A stretch of DNA of 63,224 nucleotides, filler included, from Guillardia theta CCMP2712 (Eukaryota > Protista > Cryptophyta), in assembly GCF_000315625.1 (NCBI RefSeq). It is 6 parts of 6 records of this genome, joined end to end, with 100 filler letters (N's around TTAATTAATTAA, not from the genome) between each part and the next. Parts side by side here need not be neighbours in the genome. Positions count along the whole stretch, not along the records: positions 21,953 to 52,456 come from NW_005434490.1; positions 52,557 to 54,188 come from NW_005434545.1; positions 54,289 to 58,572 come from NW_005434157.1; 3 more parts are not named here. The stretch is one strand, 5' to 3'. The notes under the pieces are model-generated. The model ran no database searches, was not told the DNA's origin, and worked only from the letters and a program-made list of their open reading frames with translations. Both the position numbers and the translations under genes were made by a program. Below are positions 47,073 to 58,080 of the stretch, one piece after another. Position 1 is the stretch's first letter; every line of letters starts with the position of its first letter.

Positions 47073-47173
47073 CCATTCGGGTCTTTGCTGGCATGCTCTG
47101 GGTTGCGGCTGTTTTGTTCTAGTGCTGCGTTTGCTACTTCGACGATGAACCTGAAGATAAAAGGCAAAAACGC

Positions 47174-50100
47174 ATGTGCCAGCACTGCAAGGATCGACGT
47201 TCCTGCGTGCACAACCTTGAGCAAGATCTTGTATCGTCAAGACCCAGTAGGCAGGACGCCATCGCCAAGATCGAGAAGGTCCGCGAGCACGTCAACAACG
47301 TGGGGAAGCCATTTGCCGAGAGACTGGACCTAGTCAAGTGCCACTACATCTTCGGGATACAAGAGATAGATACCTCTGCTGTCGAAGAAGTGAAGCAGCT
47401 CCTGTCGGGCGGGGAGCTCGGGAGCTGCTACAACAGCGAGGAAGGCACGCTCAACATGTCTTTGCGGACAGATAGGGTGAAACGATATGTGATACGAGAT
47501 CTGAGGATGAAGAGCCTGCCTCGCTGGATCTCCAAGCTCGGCGTCGATTTTAAAGTCATCGACGTGTCCGGTAACCCCAGCCTCTCCCGCCTTCCCTTGG
47601 ACGAGCTCTGCAGCATGGAGTCTAGCCTGCAGGAGGTCAAGTGTGAGAGCTGCGTCAGCCTGCAGCTGCCTCCCCCTGAGATCGCCAGTCAGGGAGGGGC
47701 AGCTGCTTTCACGTACCTGCAGAGTGTCAAGAGAGACAGCGAGGCGAACAAGCGGATCAACCTCATCCTCATAGGCAACGGAGAGGCAGGCAAGACGAGC
47801 GTGCTGAGAGCTCTGAGGTCAGACAAGGACAAGGCGGACAAGATCGAGGTAGACAGGAGGACGATCGGGATAGACCTGCACGAGTGGGAGCCTAAGGACG
47901 CTGACGGGCTGACGTTTGACGTGATGGACTTCGGGGGGCAGCAGATCTACGCCAAGACGAACCAGTACTTCATCGTGAGGCGGGCCTTGTACCTGCTGGT
48001 GTGGAGCGTGAGGGTGAAGCGAGAGAAGCAGAGCAACGAGGATGGAGGGGGAGGCATAGAGGAGCTGAAGAAGATGATCTCTACATGGCTGCGAGCTACG
48101 CAAGCGCGAGTGCCGGGAGCGAGCGTGTTACTCGTAGTAACGCACATCGATCTTGCCGGGGAGAGCGAGGTGACGGATCAGTGTGAGGAGGTGAAGGCAT
48201 GTGTGGAAGAGGAGCTGAAGAAGATGGCAGAGGAGGAAGACGAGAACATCCTGCCGTTGCACGTTATCAATGATGGCGAGAGCTTCAGAGTGAACTGCTT
48301 AAAGGGAGACGGAATCAGGGAGCTACGAAACTCTGTGTGCATGGCGGCGAAGAAGCTGCTGTGGTGGAAAGAGAGCATACCTGGACCCTATCTGAGACTG
48401 AGAAAGGCGGTAGAGGAGCAGTCAAAGGGAGTGCCTTATGTGAAGGTAGCGAGGTACCGGGAGATGTTGAAGGAGGCGAGAGTCGATGAGAGAGAAGAGA
48501 AGGTAGTGACCAGCTTCTTGCACGACATGGGAGTGCTCAAGTATTTCGGTCATGGGCTGAGTGCGAATCAAAGCATGGAAGACCAAGACATGTACTCCGT
48601 GGAAGACACGGTCTTCATCGATCCCGTGTGGATGATCGACGTGTTCAAGGGGGTGATGCGACATGACTGGCAGCATCTCCTCGACTTCTTCCAGCAGGAC
48701 CCGACCAAGTCCAAGAAGACGAAGAAGCTGCTCCACCTTGGCATCATAGACGAAGACGTGTTCGAGTACTTGTGGCCCCAGCAAGGCAGCAAGTTCTGGC
48801 TCGAAGAGAAGACAGAGAAGGTGTCAAGATCAGCAGAGGTAGGCTTCATCAAGAGCCATGTGGAGGTGCAGGAGGCGGTGGCTCTGCTGCGAGGCTGCGA
48901 CCTCGCGCACTTCCTGGGCGCGGGGGGAGTGGTTGATACGGCTGACAAGCAGGGCCAGCGGGAGCTGCTGTGTCCCGGCATCATCCCGTCGTTTACACAT
49001 CAGCACAAGCGAGCGGAGACGGACTCGCAGTCTCTGTGCGCGCATCTGGAGCGCGAGTACAACATCTTCCCCGCAGGCTTCATGGACAGGCTGATCGTGC
49101 TGTGCGCTGCTCGACACTTTGAGGTAGACTGCAGCGGTACGATGGCGGTGATGAAGGGCTGGGGCCGGACGCTGCTGGTGAGCTGGAATGGAGAAGCAGA
49201 CACGCACGTGCTGATAGCTAACGCGTCGACGAAGCAGCAGATCAGGAACCTTGAAAAAGATCTGAAGAAACTGGAGACTTTCTTCCCTGGGATGAAGTGT
49301 AGGAGAAGTCAGGAGAAGAGCTCAGGCAAGGAGACAGTGCAGGTAGGGATCTTCACCTATGGACAGAAGTCAAGAGATTGTGCGGAGGACATTCGACGAG
49401 ATATGATGAACAAGTACTCCGCGAAGAAACTTCCTCTAGAACTCACTTGTGAGGTTTGTGGGTGTGACCAGCCAACGACGCTTTCCATGGATGATTGCCT
49501 CGTGAACATCTTGTGTATCTCGACAGAATGTCTTGATGAGCATGAGAAAATGCCTCCAGAAAGTAACTTTTGCAAGCTATGGAACAGTTTGACAGCGAAC
49601 AAAGGAGTTATCATCCCCGTCGTACTCGAGGATTACTATGTTGAGTGTATCGAGAAGCCAAACAAGTTCGATCAATGGTGGCCGCAGGGTGTACAGAAGA
49701 TGGAGCGATACAAGATCTTCCATCAGTACAAGAAGGAGGACGGTTCGAAGCAAACCTTGTACGACAGCATTATCAAGAAGCTTCATCAGGGACGAGGAAG
49801 CTTCCAAGACTTGTTGGACGTTACTAGTCAGAACGAGCTTCTTGTGTGCGAAGCTTGCTTGCATGATAGGTCTGAGTCTCCACCTGCCTCACAAGGTGAT
49901 CGAGCCGTGGGTACGTTTGATCTGTCCGAGATCAAGGTAGCGCTAGATCAAGAAAGCAAGGTTATGACAGACATGCAGCAAGAGCTGGAGCAAGAAGATG
50001 TCATCAAACAAAAGATCATGATCAAAGCAATCACTTGTACAAGGGGTCATCAAACAACCGTGAAGGACGTGCTGGCGTTCAATGGCTCGAGCTCTCCGTG

Positions 50101-51058
50101 TCCGTCTTGCTTGAAGGAGAAGAGAGTCCCGCACTTCTTCAGCCGACCCAAGTGCTTGAGCATGCTCGCTCGCAACCTGATGGCTAAGATTCACTGTGAC
50201 GGATGTCAAAGCGAGGTGGACGTGCTGGACGTCACGCCGCCGCAGGTGTTCTTGAGCTACAACTGGGGGCACGACAACTCAACGCAGAAGATGGTGAGGG
50301 AGGTGAAGCGGCGGATCGAGGAGCAGACGAGCCTGCAGTGCTGGTTCGACGTGGAGGGAGGGATCAACCCCGGGGAAGATCATGTGCAGAAGATGGAGCT
50401 CGGGGTGTCTCGATGCGAGGTGGTTGTGGTCTTTATGAGCGACAAGTACGTCAAGAGCGCCAACTGCAGGAGGGAGTTTGCTCGGGCGTGTAAGACAAAG
50501 AAGTACATCATCCCTGTGCTGGTGCCGGTGCTGTATGAAGCAGGTCAAGACTCAGACAAGTTAGAGTCAGAGTCAGGCTGGAAGGGCGACAAGATGGACG
50601 AGGACTGGTGGAAGAGAATCGAGGGAGTTGAGAAGCAGCCCGGAGGAGCTGCGCATACTGTCAAGGTGGACTGGAGCTATCTGACGTCATTCCCCAAGCC
50701 CTTCAAGCTAGGAAAGGGGCAGCAACAACTCTTGGAAGATGGTTCGGCATTGACCAAGACCGTCGAGCTTCACAAAGTTGAGAGGCTACAGCAGCATCAG
50801 CACCAGGACCAGGAAGGCAAAGAGGAAGCTAGTTCGGTTGTGTCAGCCTCCGGGCTCGAGAAGCTGGTTGCTGCAGTGCAGGCAAGAGTTTACCGGGGAG
50901 GAGTCTTGTTTCACGAGGTTCCCTGCCTCATTGTGATTGACATGGAGTTGACATGCGTGGAGCAGGTGGAGCACCCGTTTCTCAGGTTGTTACACCAGCA
51001 GAGGGATATGCTTGACAGAATACTCGCTCGTATCAAGTTGCTGCAAGAAAAGAAATGA
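47174..51058 (+). CDS. ROCO protein: short LRR, ROC GTPase, COR, degenerate TIR-like region, Zn-ribbon-like motifs and C-terminal TIR; probable single in-frame 48-nt intron 50918-50965
   Basis: LRR cap LPPPEIASQG; P-loop GNGEAGKTS; TIGID; DFGGQ; VTHID; COR FLHDMGVL/VFIDPVW; TIR VFLSYNW...CWFD...FMSDKYVKSANCRRE...IIPV. Confidence 0.93.
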   Translation: MCQHCKDRRSCVHNLEQDLVSSRPSRQDAIAKIEKVREHVNNVGKPFAERLDLVKCHYIFGIQEIDTSAVEEVKQLLSGGELGSCYNSEEGTLNMSLRTDRVKRYVIRDLRMKSLPRWISKLGVDFKVIDVSGNPSLSRLPLDELCSMESSLQEVKCESCVSLQLPPPEIASQGGAAAFTYLQSVKRDSEANKRINLILIGNGEAGKTSVLRALRSDKDKADKIEVDRRTIGIDLHEWEPKDADGLTFDVMDFGGQQIYAKTNQYFIVRRALYLLVWSVRVKREKQSNEDGGGGIEELKKMISTWLRATQARVPGASVLLVVTHIDLAGESEVTDQCEEVKACVEEELKKMAEEEDENILPLHVINDGESFRVNCLKGDGIRELRNSVCMAAKKLLWWKESIPGPYLRLRKAVEEQSKGVPYVKVARYREMLKEARVDEREEKVVTSFLHDMGVLKYFGHGLSANQSMEDQDMYSVEDTVFIDPVWMIDVFKGVMRHDWQHLLDFFQQDPTKSKKTKKLLHLGIIDEDVFEYLWPQQGSKFWLEEKTEKVSRSAEVGFIKSHVEVQEAVALLRGCDLAHFLGAGGVVDTADKQGQRELLCPGIIPSFTHQHKRAETDSQSLCAHLEREYNIFPAGFMDRLIVLCAARHFEVDCSGTMAVMKGWGRTLLVSWNGEADTHVLIANASTKQQIRNLEKDLKKLETFFPGMKCRRSQEKSSGKETVQVGIFTYGQKSRDCAEDIRRDMMNKYSAKKLPLELTCEVCGCDQPTTLSMDDCLVNILCISTECLDEHEKMPPESNFCKLWNSLTANKGVIIPVVLEDYYVECIEKPNKFDQWWPQGVQKMERYKIFHQYKKEDGSKQTLYDSIIKKLHQGRGSFQDLLDVTSQNELLVCEACLHDRSESPPASQGDRAVGTFDLSEIKVALDQESKVMTDMQQELEQEDVIKQKIMIKAITCTRGHQTTVKDVLAFNGSSSPCPSCLKEKRVPHFFSRPKCLSMLARNLMAKIHCDGCQSEVDVLDVTPPQVFLSYNWGHDNSTQKMVREVKRRIEEQTSLQCWFDVEGGINPGEDHVQKMELGVSRCEVVVVFMSDKYVKSANCRREFARACKTKKYIIPVLVPVLYEAGQDSDKLESESGWKGDKMDEDWWKRIEGVEKQPGGAAHTVKVDWSYLTSFPKPFKLGKGQQQLLEDGSALTKTVELHKVERLQQHQHQDQEGKEEASSVVSASGLEKLVAAVQARVYRGGVLFHEVPCLIVIDMELTCVEQVEHPFLRLLHQQRDMLDRILARIKLLQEKK

Positions 51059-51401
51059 TTCGTTGTCATCATGCTTGTGACACAAGAGTGTTGGTGACAA
51101 GACTTGGAAAGATTCTACAAACAATAAGTAGGAACCGAGCCATTCCTTCCTTCCTCACACGACGCTTGTCCTCTTTCCTTTCCTGTGTCCGGTCCTCCCC
51201 TCCCGTCTCATCCGATCCCCTGAAAGATGATTCGATATGAGAACACATTGAGAAAGACGCGTGACCCTTTCTCCACCTAAGTTTCTCTCGATTCGATCTT
51301 CTCTTGCTTTTCCAACTCTTGTTGTGTGAGTTACTCTGACTCTTGTGTTTCTTGGAAACACTGTCCTCGACTTAGCGACTGCGAGGAGCTCTCTAGCGAC
51401 C

Positions 51402-51690
51402 GTGAGTAGTAGATGTTTTCAGAGCTCTCTCGACAGTGAGTAGTAGATGTTTTCAGAGCTCTCTCTCAACAGTGTGTATAGTAGATGTTTTCAGAGCTCT
51501 CTCTCGACAGTGAGTAGTAGATGTTTTCAGAGCTCTCTCTCGACAGTGTGTAGTAGATGTTTTCAGAGCTCTCTCTCGACAGTGTGTAGTAGATGTTTTC
51601 AGAGCTCTCTCTCGACAGCCTGGCAGTGTGTAGTAGATGTTTTCAGAGCTCTCTCTCGACAGCCTGGCAGTGTGTAGTAGATGTTTTCAG
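51402..51690. repeat. Minisatellite of ~34-44-bp units, 8 copies of the GTAGATGTTTTCAG core
   Basis: GTAGTAGATGTTTTCAGAGCTCTCTCTCGACAG plus a short variable linker. Confidence 0.92.
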
Positions 51691-52556
51691 TGTTTTTTGT
51701 CCTCCGGGCCCCCGTCAAGGCAAGTCCGTGAGCCCGGTTCCTCAACCAGTCACGGTACAAATATCTGTTCCAGTTGACTAAAAATAGGTCAGGAAACTCA
51801 ATGCCCCCTAAGCAATTTCGATAGGCAAGAGGCTCTACGTCAGAGTCTCTATTCTCATAGCAATCGCTCTAAGCTCAGACCCCAAGGGTGCTACCTCTAT
51901 CATCACAGATCATCTATGAGCTCATTCGAAGGACAAAAAGGGGGGTAGGGTCATTACTTGAGTAATAAATGATGATTCTTCTTTGGTAGTTGCGCTGTTT
52001 TCCATTGGGGCGGCATTATGAGCGAAGGCATGTGGGGCAAGGCATGCTTGCAATGCCGAAGAAAGGTAACCTATGGCAACAAGCACCACCATCTGCCCAC
52101 CACATGCATATCCACCACATGACATGCTGCCTTCCATTCGCTTTTTGGCGGCTACCACGCTCTGTCTCGTCCTCTCCGCCTCACCCCTCCCCATGCCCCT
52201 GCTCCTGAGTGGACTTCCCTGCAGAAGCGCAAGTGCGACGGCAACGTCCCCTGCAGTCTGTGCATCAATCGAGGTCTGCTGCTCCCATGCTCCCTGGGAG
52301 ACGCTCACGGCGAGCTGACTGCATGCAGGTCAAGCTGCCGCTTGTAATCGGATGGAGCCAAAGGTGCGGGCGAGACCTGCCTCGAGCCCCTGTGTTGGGG
52401 GGGTGGGGGGAGGAGATGAAGGCTCGAGGCTGTGTTGGGGGTGGGGGGAGGTGATGNNNNNNNNNNNNNNNNNNNNNNNNNNNNNNNNNNNNNNNNNNNN
52501 TTAATTAATTAANNNNNNNNNNNNNNNNNNNNNNNNNNNNNNNNNNNNNNNNNNNN

Positions 52557-54188
52557 TTACCTTCTGCCAGTAAATCCATTTACAGCATGCCCAAGGACCG
52601 GCGTAACCCGACCGATGCCGGGGAGGAAGCAGGCGAGCTCGGACCAGCAGCAAGCACCCCAGTGGCCCTGCAGCAAGCACCCCAGTGGTGTCGAGCTCTC
52701 CGGAGGCACCCGACGTCACAGTGAGGTAGTGGATTTACTGGCAGAAGGTAGTGAGTGAGGGAATGAGACGCTTCGCCAGCTCCGCGCCGATCGTCGGCGC
52801 CACTCTGGATGTTTCCCCCATCGGAGTCGGAGACCGCCGTCACGGGCGGCTACCGCTGACTCGGCTACCGCTGACTCGGAGGCTAGCGAGGAGGACTACC
52901 TCGAGCGGTACCGTGTTCCTGTGTCCAGCCTCCCTCCGTCCGCGCGTGACCTGAGCCACTCTCCGATGCGAGTCTCGAGCTACTTCCCCCTCAAGGCCTT
53001 CCCGCACCGCTATGCTCAGATGCTCGACTGCTATCGACTGCTGGTCCACTGGGGTGCGTCTGGGTGCCAGCAGTGCTGGTTCTTTTCGGGCTTGTGTTTT
53101 GTGTGTGATTGTGCAGCTTCTCGCTGTGCGCTGTGTGCCTGGATGTTTAGCTTGTTCCTGCTTTCTTTTGCTTGAGGCACTTTTTNNNNNNNNNNNNNNN
53201 NNNNNNNNNNNNNNNNNNNNNNNNNNNNNNNNNNNNNNNNNNNNNNNNNNNNNNNNNNNNNNNNNNNNNNNNNNNNNNNNNNNNNNNNNNNNNNNNNNNN
53301 NNNNNNNNNNNNNNNNNNNNAGCTCTCCGGAGGCACCCGACGTCACAGTGAGGTAGTGGATTTACTGGCAGAAGGTAGTGAGTGAGGGAATGAGACGCTT
53401 CGCCAGCTCCGCGCCGATCGTCGGCGCCACTCTGGATGTTTCCCCCATCGGAGTCGGAGACCGCCGTCACGGGCGGCTACCGCTGACTCGGCTACCGCTG
53501 ACTCGGAGGCTNNNNNNNNNNNNNNNNNNNNNNNNNNNNNNNNNNNNNNNNNNNNNNNNNNNNNNNNNNNNNNNNNNNNNNNNNNNNNNNNNNNNNNNNN
53601 NNNNNNNNNNNNNNNNNNNNNNNNNNNNNNNNNNNNNNNNNNNNNNNNNNNNNNNNNNNNNNNNNNNNNNNNNNNNNNNNNNNNNNNNNNNNNNNNNNNN
53701 NNNNNNNNNNNNNNNNNNNNNNNNNNNNNNNNNNNNNNNNNNNNNNNNNNNNNNNNNNNNNNNNNNNNNNNNNNNNNNNNNNNNNNNNNNNNNNNNNNNN
53801 NNNNNNNNNNNNNNNNNNNNNNNNNNNNNNNNNNNNNNNNNNNNNNNNNNNNNNNAGTGGGGGATCCTCGTTCTCGACGGCAGGTACCCTCCCATCCTCA
53901 TGGCCGCAAGATGAAGGGCGATATCCACATTCCTGGAATCCGCGATCGAGGGTCCGAGCAGTACGAGGGCTTGATGGCGGACGTGACGTTGGTCCACCCT
54001 TACATTGGTAGCTCTGCCGACCTGACCAAGTGGGGGGAGGTCAACCTCGACGCCCTCCATGCTGCAGCGTCTGAGAAGATTCGCAAACATCGCGCTGCAT
54101 ATGCCATGACTACTCCTCCTCGAGCGTTCATCCCTTTTGCCATCTCGACGGACGGTACCCTGCATCCTGACACCCTCCGCTTCATCTG
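52557..54188 (+). mobile_element. Fragments of a CRE-like (restriction-like endonuclease) non-LTR retrotransposon
   Basis: 53857-54188 encodes KGDIHIP...ADVTLVHP...AASEKIRKH...FIPFAISTDGTLHP (RLE motifs). A 191-bp block is duplicated at 52694-52884 and 53321-53511. Confidence 0.7.
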
Positions 54189-54450
54189 NNNNNNNNNNNN
54201 NNNNNNNNNNNNNNNNNNNNNNNNNNNNNNNNTTAATTAATTAANNNNNNNNNNNNNNNNNNNNNNNNNNNNNNNNNNNNNNNNNNNNCAAGCGTCAGGG
54301 GGGAGAGGAGGAGAAGAACGAGGTCAAGAAGAAGTGCAGAGGAGGGAGAGAGCAAGGGGGGGGGGGGAGAAGAAGGAGGGAAAGGGGAAGCAAGCAGGAG
54401 GAGAAAGAGCAGGAGCAGTAGCAGGAGCAGGAGCAGGAGCAGAGGCTCGG

Positions 54451-54481
<31 letters not shown>

Positions 54482-54499
54482 TAGGAGCAGGAGCAGAGG

Positions 54500-54597
54500 G
54501 TCTGGCAGCCATACCGTTTTCTTCTTGCGGGAAGATGCGAGCTCAATCAGCCTCTTCAACTTTACAGTTGCCTCCTCCTGCAAGGTCTGATCAAAGC

Positions 54598-54637
<40 letters not shown>

Positions 54638-57600
54638 TCAAGAGGGGAGGAGGAGGAGGAGGAGGAGGAGTCAGGAAGAGAGGAGGAGGAGGAGGAGGAG
54701 GAGGAGGAGCAGCAGCAGCAGCAGCAGTAGATATTTCGTACAATCTGCTGAACTCTTCTCTGCTGCGCGGTGACCATCATGTGCTCGGAGGGGGCGCGAC
54801 TGACTCCTCCCTCACCCAGCATGGCGACAACAGACAGGAGCAACTCGTCGCCCTCCTCCTCCTCCTCTGCCGTGAGAGGGTTGGCCTGGAGGTACTCGAG
54901 CATGGTTCGCTCTGCCTGGAGGAGGGAGGCAGAGGCGAAGAGCTCGTATGCGATGTTCCTCTTCTCCATCTCCTCCCGATGCTTCACCATCCCCTTCATC
55001 TGCTTCACCACAGGCACCAGGTGGTTCAGCGAGTTGTCCAGCTCCTTCACCCTCTCCATGAGCACGTGGAACCCCCTCAAGTCCTCCAGAGAGGACCCGT
55101 CCTGCTTGCTCTTGTTGAAGGCGCGTTTGGCGCGGTACTTTCTCAGCTCGACCTGAGCTTGCTTCAGCTTCGGCTTGCAAATCTCTTCCTCCGTCTTGAA
55201 GCTGTTGAACAGCTCCAGGAAGCATCGAGACACGCTCTCAAACTCCTCCTCGTGCCTCATCGTCTCCTCCTGCTTCCTAAGAGCCTCCAACAACGTCTCG
55301 TACTCCTTCCTCCCCTTCGCCTCCTCCTCCTGCAAGGCGTCCCGTGCTCTCCTCGTCCTCATCCCTGACGCTGGGCAGGGAGACACCTCCTCCTCCTCGC
55401 TCAACTCCTCTGAGCCCTCCGGCTCGTTCGCCGGCCGTACTGCCATGTCCGGCTCCCTGCTCCGGGGGGGAGGGAGAGGACGAGGGTCTGGTGCGGAGGC
55501 AGGGAAGGGCTTGAGAGAATCGGGGAGAGGGGAAGGAGGAGGAGAGGAGAAACCGAGTTTGTTGCGGAGCAGATCATCGCGGACTTGCTTCCTCTTCCTC
55601 AGCATCTCCTTCATCCGGCCCAGGGCTGTGCTAGACAACTTGCTCACGAACGAGGCCACGGGAATGCGAAGGTAGTGCAGGCAGCTGGAGGAAGCAACGG
55701 CCGTTTCAGTCGCCTCCTCAGAGCCTCCGTCATGCACGAGGGCGAAGCCTCCCACGACCTCGTGCGAGCTCATCACGCAGGAGGGCGTCTGGCCCTCCCC
55801 CTTCCTCCCCCCTGCTCCTCCTCGAGCTCAGCGTCAGCTCTCCGGCCACAATGACGAAGAGGAAGGGGGAGCTGTCTCCCTGCTGATACAGCGCCTCTCC
55901 CTTACTGAGATGCCGCAGCTCGGACGAGGCAGCGAGCAAGGAGAAGGTCGCGCTGCTCTCCCCCGCCAGCGGCCCCTCCTCCTTCAAGAAGCTCACGATC
56001 GCTGCCTGCAGCTTGTCCTCCTCCTCGTCCAACTGAGCCCGAGCAAGGCGATCGAGAGGAAGCTCGACGATGGTGGCGCTGGGGCTGACGACGATGCAGA
56101 AGAGGCTGAAAGCATCGACGTCGAGCATGCGCGAAGTCTCCTCCTCGCTGCGCAGCATGCTCTCGAGTAACAGCTCGAACTGCTGGAGGGAAAAGGAGCC
56201 CTTGTTCTCGATCTTCGCCCTCTTCGCCGCCTTTCTCACCTCCTCCCTCGTCATGCTCATCCCCAGCCTGCTGAACGCCTGCGCCACCTCCTCCTCATCC
56301 AGACTCTCAGAATTGTCAACGTCGATGGACCTGAAGAGTCTCGACATGCTTCCCTGGTGCCTAGTGGCTATCGCCGCCTTCATCGCCTCTGCCGCCCGCC
56401 GATGCCTCATGCCCTGCACCTGATTCTTGAGCCGCTGAGCTCCCAGCAGGGATCCCTCCTGGACCAGGTGGGGCTGCAGCTGGTCGACAGCTGAGGTCCA
56501 GGTGAGGTGGGAAGAGAGGGAGAGGCCCTCCTGCCGAATGAGCTTGCTCACGACGTGGGAGAGAGGGTTCATCGTCGTCTCGCGCTTCTGCCTCGCGAGC
56601 TGCAGCACGTGCTCGTCCTCGATGCTCTCCTCCTTCACGGCCGCAGGGACGATGAACTCCACCACCTCGCCCTCCAGCAGGAACCCAACTCCCGTCAGCT
56701 GCATCCTGGTCTTCTGCTTGACTGTTTGACAGGACGAGAGCCTGAGGACGTCAGCGAGGCGATGGAAGGAGAGGTGACGGAGGGACGGGAAGTCGAGGAG
56801 GAGGGCGAGCTTAAGACAGTCGTAGCGGAAGCGCGAGGAGGGAGACTTTGCAAGGAGCCGCTTGACCTCGGCGACACGGTCCTGCGGGCTGTGAGCAAGG
56901 TCGTTGAGGACGGAAGACCTCTCCATCTCTAGAGCGCGCCTCTTCTCAGCGATGGCGGCTAGGCCCTCTCCTCCTCCTCCTCCTCCTCCTCCTCCTCTCA
57001 GCCCTGCACTGTAGGCCTGCAATCCTTTCTCCTCGACGACGCTTGCCTTGCGGTAGACGGTCGCTGACAGCTCCTGCTGCTCTCCTCTCTTCCTCCTCAG
57101 CTTGTACAGCACGGGGACATTGCGGGAGTCAAAGATGACAGAGAGCGAGCTCTTCCCCGACAGCGTCTCCACCTGCTTCCCGGCCTCCTGCGGCAGCATG
57201 GACCTCGGCATCTTGTTGGTGAGCAGCACCGGCAGGTAACGATCCTCTTTCTGCTTCAGCTCCTGCGGGGGACCCTGCGGGTCTGACTTGACTTTCCTGA
57301 GGAGAAGGTAAATAAGGGCGAGCGAGGGCGAGAAGTGAACTAGCAGCGGACATAAGGGACGAGGTGGAGGAGAGAAGAGGAGGGAGCGGACGAGGAGAAT
57401 GCGGCAAGAAGGGAGGGAGGGAGAGAGAGAGGGAGGGAGGGAGGGAGAGAGGGAGGGAGGGAGGGAGGGAGGGAGGGAGGGAGGGAGAGGAAGCAGAAGA
57501 GATCGTAGAGGCTGCTGATCTGATTGACGAAGAGATAGGAGGAGTATCAACACACGAGCTGACCTTGCCTTGCCCCTCCCCTCTCTGTTCCTCCCGCTCT

Positions 57601-58080
57601 CTTCCCTCACCATCGTCAGCATGTAACACCAAGAGATCAATCAACTCACCCTCCTCCTGCACCAGCTCCTTCCACTCCTCCGGCGTCCTGCTACGGACGG
57701 CAAGCACACTCTGTGACCTGCGATCGCCTCTCTCCTCGCTCATCACAGGGCTGACAGACGACAGGGCTTCCCGAGCAGGTCGCTCCTTCTTCCTCCTCCT
57801 CATCCCTCTTGCCCGCGGCGTCAGCCCACGGGGCCGATCGATCTCTCTGTCATCATTGCACAGCAGCGCTTGCTTCCTCTTCTCCTCCTCCCCTCGAAGA
57901 CTCTTCCTCTTCCACCCGTACCCCAACGTGAGGGTCACCACCCGGGCTGCTGGCCCAGGCTGCTGGAACGAGCTCCTGCTGCCCCTCAAGGGGAAGTCCG
58001 CAAGTCGCATGTCCATGTTGGGTGCGCTCCTCCTTCAACCAGCCGCCATCGTGTTTGCGAGGAAGGACGCCATACGAAGC
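54500..58080 (-). CDS. Multi-exon protein with an EF-hand pair, cyclic-nucleotide-binding domain and coiled coil (partial; apparent frameshift ~55800)
   Basis: LFRSIDVDNSESLDEEEV (EF-hand); LSKGEALYQQGDSSPFLFVIVAGEL...EVVGGFAL (cNMP-binding). Confidence 0.75.

Noticed and set aside
51402-51690. CRISPR-like array
   Set aside because: Linkers are only 3-11 nt and related to one another; no cas genes; eukaryotic context.
51922-52330. Minus-strand ORF fragment at the end of contig 2
   Set aside because: No recognisable domain and truncated by the linker; cannot support a call.
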